Virus record (IMG/VR): IMGVR_UViG_3300009104_001827
Coordinates: 124,001-188,000 of that record
Direction: 5' to 3' (one strand)
DNA length: 64,000 bases
Shown: one piece after another, positions 56,898 through 64,000 of the stretch
Numbering within the stretch: the stretch's first letter is position 1
Layout: each line of letters opens with the position of its first letter
The notes under the pieces: model-generated
The model's input: only the letters and a program-made list of their open reading frames with translations
Told to the model about the DNA's origin: nothing
Database searches by the model: none
Made by a program: the position numbers and the translations under genes

Positions 56898-57207
56898 CCG
56901 TTGCTTCCTCTATAGGGGGCAACAGGTCCCCTAAGCTTATCTTTCTATTCCCCAAGCCTCCTGAGGATACTTTACATTTAAAATCCCCTATTGTTGGGAC
57001 TTCGTATATATCTGTACCATCCAGCTCGTCCGAGCTCTCTTGGCGAAGGCGGTCGCCTTGCTTATTCTTTGCTCGAGAAACCGTTGTCCTTGGTTTAGTT
57101 GAGTCGCCTTTGCTTGACAACAATTCTCCGCACTCCCCACAAAATTTAGGGACATCCATTGAGTATAGGTTTTTATGTCCACATGACTGACAATAAGTAA
57201 ACGGCAT
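56818..57207 (-). CDS. Double zinc-ribbon protein
   Basis: CQSCG...FCGECG. Confidence 0.7.
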   Translation of the reverse strand: MPFTYCQSCGHKNLYSMDVPKFCGECGELLSSKGDSTKPRTTVSRAKNKQGDRLRQESSDELDGTDIYEVPTIGDFKCKVSSGGLGNRKISLGDLLPPIEEATVEDSSNEAPKKKRQRKRRKTSKRQGS

Positions 57208-57242
57208 ATACTATATATAAGGCTTTTTTGTTAAAAAATCTA

Positions 57243-57839
57243 CTATATTAAATACCCAGCGATTAGCTTTGCCTGGTTTTGCATAAACTCTTCCGTCGTC
57301 ATGCCCTCCACATCCCCAGGAAATGCTTCGATTTTTGAGATATAATCCACGCCCAATATTCCGATAACCTTACCATTTAAAGTCGTAATCGGAACATTAT
57401 AAATTGCCTGCACACCCTTAGAGTTCAACAAGGACCTGAAACCGCTGTCTCGAATTTCATTAATATCCAAGCAAGAAAAAGACCCAACCGAGACTAATTC
57501 CGTAATATATTCGCTATAGTTAGAAACCCTATGATCTTGAGAATGAATACATTCAGAGCTTATCCCCGCCTCCACAGTTTCGTGCGTACAGCTAAATTTT
57601 TGCTGGCCTCTTCCGGAAAAAAAATGCCCTCCATTATGAAATTCTAGAACGTAAGCCCTACCGGAGAACATCATCTGCTTAGTATACTTCAGTGCCGTAT
57701 TAACGTTAGATCCCGCCCTTACGTGCCCCTCTACCGTATTCTTGTGGCGCTCAGACCATTTCTTTTTCGCCCAAACCCCAACTAAGGTAGCAACAGAAGA
57801 CACGATAGTGGCAATGGCTGTGAGCAATTCAGTTTCCAT
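57243..57839 (-). CDS. N-terminal TM plus GAF-like domain (holin-T-like topology)
   Basis: TM 5-23; RAYVLEFHNG, VPITTLNGKVIGILGVDY GAF strands; GTGTAA 9 nt upstream. Confidence 0.6.
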   Translation of the reverse strand: METELLTAIATIVSSVATLVGVWAKKKWSERHKNTVEGHVRAGSNVNTALKYTKQMMFSGRAYVLEFHNGGHFFSGRGQQKFSCTHETVEAGISSECIHSQDHRVSNYSEYITELVSVGSFSCLDINEIRDSGFRSLLNSKGVQAIYNVPITTLNGKVIGILGVDYISKIEAFPGDVEGMTTEEFMQNQAKLIAGYLI

Positions 57840-57844
57840 AATAT

Positions 57845-58159
57845 TTATTTACACTTACAAACTCCATTAATGCGCTGCTTTCTGTATACAAACGCAGATC
57901 CGAAAGTACATATAATAACCGCTAATACAATCCATCCTAACCCAGATGTAGGCTGATCGGTATTAATTGATACAGAATTTGAATAGTACTCCTCCCTGTT
58001 TATTGTCCCATTTTTATCTGTATCAACAGCTTCGAATGACTCTACTACATTTGGCACCGGAGCGGACGGTGCGGCGTTTCGACTTTTAAATATCTTCGGG
58101 CCACTACAGCCAGTGCTCATAAATATTAACAATATTAATAATATAATTTTATTCATCAT
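57845..58159 (-). CDS. Lipoprotein with EF-hand and C-terminal TM
   Basis: Lipobox STGC, DTDKNGTINREE, TM GLGWIVLAVIICTFGSAFVY. Confidence 0.7.
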   Translation of the reverse strand: MMNKIILLILLIFMSTGCSGPKIFKSRNAAPSAPVPNVVESFEAVDTDKNGTINREEYYSNSVSINTDQPTSGLGWIVLAVIICTFGSAFVYRKQRINGVCKCK

Positions 58160-58590
58160 CTCCTCCTACTGGGTATTGCATAAAAACCTACGACCATAAA
58201 GCATAGGTCTAAAAACGAAGAAAGCATAAGCCCCCCCGTAAGCCTCACTACATGAAAGTCCTCTCCTCCAAAAAACCAAGAAAATATACCCCACCTAGTG
58301 TTTTCGCCCTTAGGGACAATAACATCATAACTAATATTTGGATTGTGAGCATAAAACAACATTAAATAACATAAAGTAAATGTTATAGACATAAATAATA
58401 TTCGTCTAGTTATTTTTACGAACGGATCCTTTGCTTGGGCGGCTTGACTTTTAATAGCCGCTTCAATCATCTTCTCATCCCTTGCGGCCAGCATGAGCTG
58501 ATCTTGTCGCTTCTGCTCAAGCCAGGCGTTCAAGATGTTTGCTCCTATCTTGATTCCGGCGCCCAGAATAGTATTTAGAATTGCGCCCAT
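58156..58590 (-). CDS. Membrane protein, holin-like
   Basis: Start ATG 58590 by TAATG overlap; DPFVKITRR then TMs, C-terminal VVGFY. Confidence 0.55.
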   Translation of the reverse strand: MGAILNTILGAGIKIGANILNAWLEQKRQDQLMLAARDEKMIEAAIKSQAAQAKDPFVKITRRILFMSITFTLCYLMLFYAHNPNISYDVIVPKGENTRWGIFSWFFGGEDFHVVRLTGGLMLSSFLDLCFMVVGFYAIPSRRR

Positions 58591-58772
58591 TATTTTTTGT
58601 TTTTCCCTAGGTCGGCAAGCCCCTGGCCCAAGATATAGGCTATCATGGGGGTCACAATAGTCGTGATATGATCCGCATCCCAGCCCCACCCGAAATGGTG
58701 ATTAAGCATAGGAACAGCGGTGGCCACTACGGCTGCCCAAAATTTCTTGCTGTGGTAGAATTGTTTTTCCAT
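58590..58772 (-). CDS. Small 2-TM holin-like protein
   Basis: SKKFWAAVV..., IAYILGQGLAD; SD GGAG. Confidence 0.65.
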   Translation of the reverse strand: MEKQFYHSKKFWAAVVATAVPMLNHHFGWGWDADHITTIVTPMIAYILGQGLADLGKNKK

Positions 58773-58793
58773 TATTTTTTCTCCTTATTAAAG

Positions 58794-59738
58794 TTACATT
58801 ATTTCTATAATGGCCCAAAGGGCCGTAATCGCCATTGCTGCAATAATTAAATATTTTTTATTAAACTTTTTCTTCTCAGGCTTTGGATCAGGTTCTGGAT
58901 CAGGTTCTGGATCAGGTTCTTTCTCCTCGGACTTAACGTCTAGATAATAGGGTCCGACGGCATTAATGATCGCATCCCGATATAAAGAATCCTCCATGAA
59001 AAAGTACCCTTTGTTCCCGAACCATCGCCCCCAGCTATTTTGAAACTCCCAATATAGCTTCCCGTCAATCTCCTTCCAGCCAATCATCGACACTGCATGC
59101 CCACCGACAACTTCGGAGGACAAAAACTTATCAGAATTCACAACGCCCGTGCTGTCGGTTTGAAAAAAATGCCTTCTGACCTTAATCGACGTCCATAGAG
59201 GCTCTTTTAATAAAGCCGACTTAATCCGGTCTGTATCTCCCTTGGGAATTACATAGTATCCATTAATCTTATACTTAAGCGCGTTCTCCGGAGCCTCAGG
59301 AGACATGGGCGCCCCCTCCTTGCGGAGGTCTGGCCAATATTTCTCTTCGCAGCACCCTTCTTTGACCAGCCCCTTGCATGCGCCACGGATGGTCGTGCCG
59401 GAATAATCTTCTCCCGGCCAAGGGTCATATAATTGCCCTTTTTTATAAATCCACATAGCACTAGGCTCCTTGTCCTTGAATTCTTCCGTCGAACCGTAAA
59501 CAACGCGGCCGCTGTGGCCAACGCAAGACCCAATTGACCCTTGGTTCTTGACGCGAGGCGTAAGGTCGCGCCTGGAAAACTCCTTTAGATCAACCTCTCT
59601 GGCTCGCCATATCCTTGAAGTGATCCAGTCTCTGGAATCAACGGGGGCATCAGGCACGTTTAATTTACATCTTCCGAAATATTTAGCTCTAGCTTTTTGC
59701 GCTATCCAACTTCCCGATAATATATTTAAGTATTTCAC
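58794..59738 (-). CDS. Papain-like (C1) cysteine protease with C-terminal membrane anchor
   Basis: NQGSIGSCV (Cys), GGHAV (His), QNSWG (Asn); PEPD linker, basic residues, TM; alternative start GTG 59657. Confidence 0.88.
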   Translation of the reverse strand: MKYLNILSGSWIAQKARAKYFGRCKLNVPDAPVDSRDWITSRIWRAREVDLKEFSRRDLTPRVKNQGSIGSCVGHSGRVVYGSTEEFKDKEPSAMWIYKKGQLYDPWPGEDYSGTTIRGACKGLVKEGCCEEKYWPDLRKEGAPMSPEAPENALKYKINGYYVIPKGDTDRIKSALLKEPLWTSIKVRRHFFQTDSTGVVNSDKFLSSEVVGGHAVSMIGWKEIDGKLYWEFQNSWGRWFGNKGYFFMEDSLYRDAIINAVGPYYLDVKSEEKEPDPEPDPEPDPKPEKKKFNKKYLIIAAMAITALWAIIEIM

Positions 59739-60402
59739 TTCTCAGTATGTCCTCTTTTCCAAATCTAAATGCATGTATACCTCTCTTTACACTTTCCCTG
59801 TCGTTAAACAGGTCAAACATGGCCGGAAATCCACTCTTTCCATTGATGTCGCTCTGCATAAAGTCTCCACAAATAAACAATTTGCAATTCTCCCCAATTC
59901 TAGTGACAAGCGTCGTAAGCTCCTTATAGGTAAAGTTTTGAGCTTCATCTGCAATTACGATCTTATCCTTCCAGTTTGCTCCTCTAAGATAATTTATCGG
60001 CATTGCAGAAATTCTGCCACTTTCAAGCATTTCCCTTTTGGCAGTATTGTTTTTAGGAAGCATTTCATAAAGCTTGTCCTCCAGTGGCGCCATATAGGGA
60101 TTGAATTTTTCATCTATATCCCCAGGCAAGGCCCCAAGCCCCTTTTCTGCGCTCTCAATGACTGTGCGGACATATAGTAAATCCATCTTATCTGACGCAC
60201 TCAAAAGCCTCAACGCAGAATAAACTGCCATATAAGTTTTAGTGGAGCCCGCCGGTCCGGCGACAAACATTATCTTAGTATCATCGTTGAACGCGATAGA
60301 CAAAAACCTTTTCTGCCTATCCGTCAACCTTAGTGAATGGATATGAACGCTTTGTGCCAATTGTGGGATAACAAAATTTTTTTTAGACTTATCGTGAGCC
60401 AT
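59689..60402 (-). CDS. phoH: PhoH-family ATPase
   Basis: GPAGSTKT, YLRGANW, DEAQN, GDFMQSD. Confidence 0.93.
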   Translation of the reverse strand: MAHDKSKKNFVIPQLAQSVHIHSLRLTDRQKRFLSIAFNDDTKIMFVAGPAGSTKTYMAVYSALRLLSASDKMDLLYVRTVIESAEKGLGALPGDIDEKFNPYMAPLEDKLYEMLPKNNTAKREMLESGRISAMPINYLRGANWKDKIVIADEAQNFTYKELTTLVTRIGENCKLFICGDFMQSDINGKSGFPAMFDLFNDRESVKRGIHAFRFGKEDILRSEILKYIIGKLDSAKS

Positions 60403-60454
60403 TAGCTATATATGTATATACACACTACAGAACGATAAAGTGTACTTATATATA

Positions 60455-60661
60455 ATGAAAGATACCAGAGATATACTGAGCTACCTCAGCAATAATCTTA
60501 ATGGGTACGAATCTACCACTTGGCTTAAAGCGGAAAATGATCTTCTCGACGGGCTCTCGCCCGCAGATATGATACTTGACGGCGAGGCGAGAAGGGTTGG
60601 TAGGATTTTGCCGAAAGAGATAAAGAGAATTAAAGCTAAGAAAAAACAGAAGAAGGCTTAG
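60455..60661 (+). CDS. Orphan MbcA/ParS/Xre (DUF2384)-like antitoxin domain
   Basis: TWLKAENDLLDGLSPADMI..GEARRV; own GTGTAC box 60440-60445. Confidence 0.7.
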   Translation: MKDTRDILSYLSNNLNGYESTTWLKAENDLLDGLSPADMILDGEARRVGRILPKEIKRIKAKKKQKKA

Positions 60662-61376
60662 GCATTAGTTCCTTAGGCCAATATTCGCTCAGATCTAGAG
60701 CGGATTTGAAGCCTGTGGGCGAATGAAGAGGAGCCTTCCTGATTCTGGCAATTATGCCCGGCTTCTGGGCGAATGGTATATTTTCATCTTTCCTAATTTC
60801 TGAAATAGATAGCTCCGCATATAAATCTATTAGACGGTCCCATTGCTTGTGCATGGATTCAGCCTTGCTTAAAAATTTTTCAATTAATAATTCCTTGGGA
60901 ACATTTATAAAAATTTCACTACAAATCAAATCGTCTATTAGATGATTTAGCGGCACCCCCTCAGGAATAGAGCTTTCACCGGAGAAAAATTCTATTGCGG
61001 TAACCTTATGCTTGTCATCGAGATCTTTAATTATGCCCCTGCCAAATGGGTTGGCTTCAAGAATAAACCGATCGACCTGCCCCCGCACCCACTCCTTAGA
61101 CGGTTGACATTCGCCGTATATGAGCTGCCCAGGTCGAACGCCGTCGGGGTTCTCAAAGAGCACCCCCGTGATTTCCGCTTCGTTCTCTATTTTGACAACC
61201 CTTTTTCTGAAAAATTCATAGCAGGCAAAAAAGCTAAATTCTTTATGTCTGGCCTGCCCCTGAGGAATTAATCTCGTGCAGTTTGAAAACAGTCCCCGGG
61301 TAATGAAGCCTGCTTTTGATAGAAAATGCACCTCTACTACGGTGTTGCTCAGAGCTCCATATAATATGTTATCCAT
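60636..61376 (-). CDS. Hypothetical protein
   Basis: 246 aa; VVEVHF..K.G...CT weakly SH3/WYL-like. Confidence 0.6.
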   Translation of the reverse strand: MDNILYGALSNTVVEVHFLSKAGFITRGLFSNCTRLIPQGQARHKEFSFFACYEFFRKRVVKIENEAEITGVLFENPDGVRPGQLIYGECQPSKEWVRGQVDRFILEANPFGRGIIKDLDDKHKVTAIEFFSGESSIPEGVPLNHLIDDLICSEIFINVPKELLIEKFLSKAESMHKQWDRLIDLYAELSISEIRKDENIPFAQKPGIIARIRKAPLHSPTGFKSALDLSEYWPKELMPKPSSVFS

Positions 61377-61386
61377 AATTGTATTA

Positions 61387-64000
61387 TTAGTCAGTATCTA
61401 CTTTATTACCAGTATCTTCCCAGGAATCTTTCCATTTTGCAGACCCCAGTATCGACAGGAAAAGTTCCCCGTTGGGAATTATGGTTCCACCAGGAAGGGC
61501 ATTCCCTATCTTCTCTTCCCATGAATCACATATTCCGCGCATTCTAGCCAGGCATTGCGAGTGCGCAGCCCCACCGATGTAAATCACTTCGCAATCACCA
61601 TCTACGCCTGCGGCCCCATATTTATCGCAGTATTCAGTTGTGATTTCAATTAGGTCTGCGTCCGTAAATCCCGGATGGCCTTTATATGGGCCGCCGGGTT
61701 GAAAAGTGTTGCTATCACTATAATTCGATGCGACCTGCGGATTTCTAGCGAAAGCTTCAGCCTCCTCTTGGGTGTCAAAATAATCGTTGGGAAATATTGA
61801 CATTGTTCCCGCTAAATTACTGCCCTCCCGGACGCCAGCGGCGCCTTGGTGTTTAGAATTATCATGTGATCCGTCGTAATCATCAAAACCAACAACAGGT
61901 AATTTAAAAGTTCCACCCCCACTCTTTACCCACCAAGGGGGGATATGCTCACCGTCCACGTGGGGAAGAGAGTGGTTAGTATACGGAAATACCGAGTCAC
62001 CCACTGGCGTACCCCCCCAACGGCCGTCAGGATTATAAGCATTCCACGGGTTCGAGGCGCCGACAACATACGAAGTTCCGGCACCAAGATGGGTAGTGAA
62101 TTCATCGGACGAATTTAACCTAAGAAACGCCTGACATTCGTAAAGCTCCCCCTTCCACCAAGCCCGGTCCCCCGGGTAATATTGCGTTCGCGGAGTCATC
62201 GTGACGTATATGTCAGCATTATCTCCCGCGCCCTCAGGTTTCCCTCCTTCACTTAGTTCCCAGCCTCCATAATCCCAAATTCTCTCGAGATTTATATTCT
62301 CCCATAGCCAATTTCTTCCAGCAACCCATTTTCTCGTCTTATGATCGTACCAGGAAAACCCTAGTTTCTCCCTTTCTTTTGCCCTGCGTATCACCCAGTT
62401 TATCGCCGCATCGCGCGAAGCAAACATTTTAGACCCCCTACAGGTTATTGATACATCCTCAGAGTCATAAATATCCGTAGAGCCTTTCAGTATGTTGTCG
62501 CTTCCTGCTTCTGCGTTTATGTACCATTTAGTAAGCTCCTGCTTGTTTCCGGAATCTAGGTAGCTCTCTGAATAAAACGCGCCCTTCGCTCCAGTCAATA
62601 GCCAGCCCAGGGAATCCCCATTTTCACCAATGTATTCCCACTTGTTATTTGCTCCGCCAGGAGCATCATCTCCTGTTCCGTAGCCAGATGCACTTCCCCC
62701 TTCCTCATTAAATCTCCACACCTTCCAAACGCCGCCGTCTTGGGTTTTTACTAAATCCCCCCTATAGTAGCCGGGCGGGGAATATGGACGCACCTGACAG
62801 CCGCCCCATGCCCCCGGTTCTAAGTTGTTGCCGAAACCCCAACCCGACATTTGAAGGGAGGGGTGGAGCTTTCTAAGTAATCGTTCCCATGACTTTTTTC
62901 TTAAAAGGGGCTGGTCATAAGCCTCACCCAACCACATCGGGCCATTCGAGGAATCCGGAAGGAACTGGTTGGTGACTTTCTTCGCTCCGGACCAGTCCAC
63001 CTTACCAAAAGCGTCCCCCACCTCAGTTGGGGGTGTGTTTATCGACGAATTTGCGCCCGCATCCACGTCCGCTTGCGTGGCAATACGATAGTCTCCCCAC
63101 ATCATCGGATGGTCCTCAGCACCCCCCATCGTTGACTCCCCGGGTACGTTGCGATATATGGGGTCCAACACGGTAGGAGATAATCCATCACTGATCTTGT
63201 CGTCATATTCCTCCTGCCACCTAGATTTACTTTCGCTAGGCGGGGGAAAGGGCTCGTAGGAGCCCAAATGCCAAAAGGCATAAATTGCGCAGGTATCCCA
63301 CGCAGCTCCCACACCATGACTGCCGCAATTTTTAGCCAAGAACAGATCTCCATCAGACAATATTACGTCTCCCGCGCAGTGAGGAAGGCTGGCGTTAGTA
63401 TAAGCGCTTCTATATAAGCTTTCTCCTAGTGGTCCAGATCCAGCAGGTTGGGCGGCAGTTCCAGGCTCGCTCGCGTAATACGGCCGATACATCGCAGGCA
63501 AACCATTAGTCATAGTTTCCCAGTCGGCTGCAGACACTCTTCCATATTCCCCCCACGTCGGCCTCCAGTCGAACATTCTCCAGGGATGAAAGAACATTAT
63601 GGAATTGTAAACATTAAAAAGACCCCAATCGTGGCCAACTTGACCACCGTACCAAAGGGCATCTGCACTAAGAACATTCCATCCGCTTTTCTTGGCGATA
63701 AAAGAGGAATCTCCGCGATGCTCCAATTCGCCAATACCCAAACCTAGTTCGCTGGTCCCCGATGCGAAGTTCAGCATGTATTGCCTAATCGAGTCACCGG
63801 CACCCGTGGGCCAATACCCATTGGGCAAGTCAAAAGTCCACTCCTCCCACTCCTCCCCAAACTCATCGACCCAATCGTCAATAGTCTCGTGAAGCTCGCC
63901 ATTGACCCACTCCCGATCCCACCCAGGGAAAACCACGGTATATCTCTTGCCCAGTTCAATATCTTTCGCCCATATTATTTCCGGGGCATAAATCGTCGAT
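61387..64000 (-). CDS. Large Gly/Trp-rich putative virion protein, 5'-truncated
   Basis: Frame stays open from 63936 to the window end (STIYAPEIIWAKD...); CBM-like YYRGDLV and YYPGDRAW modules. Confidence 0.7.
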   Translation of the reverse strand, partial: STIYAPEIIWAKDIELGKRYTVVFPGWDREWVNGELHETIDDWVDEFGEEWEEWTFDLPNGYWPTGAGDSIRQYMLNFASGTSELGLGIGELEHRGDSSFIAKKSGWNVLSADALWYGGQVGHDWGLFNVYNSIMFFHPWRMFDWRPTWGEYGRVSAADWETMTNGLPAMYRPYYASEPGTAAQPAGSGPLGESLYRSAYTNASLPHCAGDVILSDGDLFLAKNCGSHGVGAAWDTCAIYAFWHLGSYEPFPPPSESKSRWQEEYDDKISDGLSPTVLDPIYRNVPGESTMGGAEDHPMMWGDYRIATQADVDAGANSSINTPPTEVGDAFGKVDWSGAKKVTNQFLPDSSNGPMWLGEAYDQPLLRKKSWERLLRKLHPSLQMSGWGFGNNLEPGAWGGCQVRPYSPPGYYRGDLVKTQDGGVWKVWRFNEEGGSASGYGTGDDAPGGANNKWEYIGENGDSLGWLLTGAKGAFYSESYLDSGNKQELTKWYINAEAGSDNILKGSTDIYDSEDVSITCRGSKMFASRDAAINWVIRRAKEREKLGFSWYDHKTRKWVAGRNWLWENINLERIWDYGGWELSEGGKPEGAGDNADIYVTMTPRTQYYPGDRAWWKGELYECQAFLRLNSSDEFTTHLGAGTSYVVGASNPWNAYNPDGRWGGTPVGDSVFPYTNHSLPHVDGEHIPPWWVKSGGGTFKLPVVGFDDYDGSHDNSKHQGAAGVREGSNLAGTMSIFPNDYFDTQEEAEAFARNPQVASNYSDSNTFQPGGPYKGHPGFTDADLIEITTEYCDKYGAAGVDGDCEVIYIGGAAHSQCLARMRGICDSWEEKIGNALPGGTIIPNGELFLSILGSAKWKDSWEDTGNKVDTD

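Noticed and set aside
59548-60177. 209-aa + strand ORF
   Set aside because: Antisense to phoH and the C1 protease; no recognisable features
445-63959. Numerous 60-165 aa nested or antisense ORFs in the track
   Set aside because: They overlap well-supported genes and lack motifs or expression signals
1-64000. Stop-codon reassignment
   Set aside because: Core genes are full length in code 11, and TAA, TAG and TGA all terminate genes

Overview
64-kb segment of a large tailed dsDNA phage (Caudoviricetes), standard genetic code, densely coding with many ATGA/TAATG gene overlaps; both ends cut through genes. It holds a head/packaging module on the - strand (major capsid, decoration protein, protease-scaffold, TerL, ERCC4 nuclease; the portal lies about 28 kb away). 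A + strand replication module carries RecA/UvsX, DnaB, primase, a PD-(D/E)XK nuclease and DnaE split into PHP and core genes with DnaQ between them. Also present: NrdA, a Tyr-less class Ic-like NrdB, dNMP kinase, SSB, two sigma factors, at least 6 glycosyltransferase-like genes, fibre/CBM-bearing virion proteins, an atypical lysis-like cassette and PhoH. Notable accessory content: ClpP plus a ClpC with a ClpP-docking MGF loop, a SET-domain gene inside the polymerase operon, a Tat-exported DUF1501 beside a Ca/vWA protein, tandem DUF2827 glycosyltransferases next to 18-aa-repeat fibre genes, and an orphan MbcA/ParS/Xre-type antitoxin. Two promoter classes lie only 6-12 nt from start codons: sigma70 TTGAC-17-TAnnnT and a phage-specific GTGTA box. 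DUF1501 and the Chlamydia-type RNR point by inference to a PVC-superphylum host. All family calls are by motif recognition only; no database search was run. No tRNA, CRISPR array, integrase or intein was seen.
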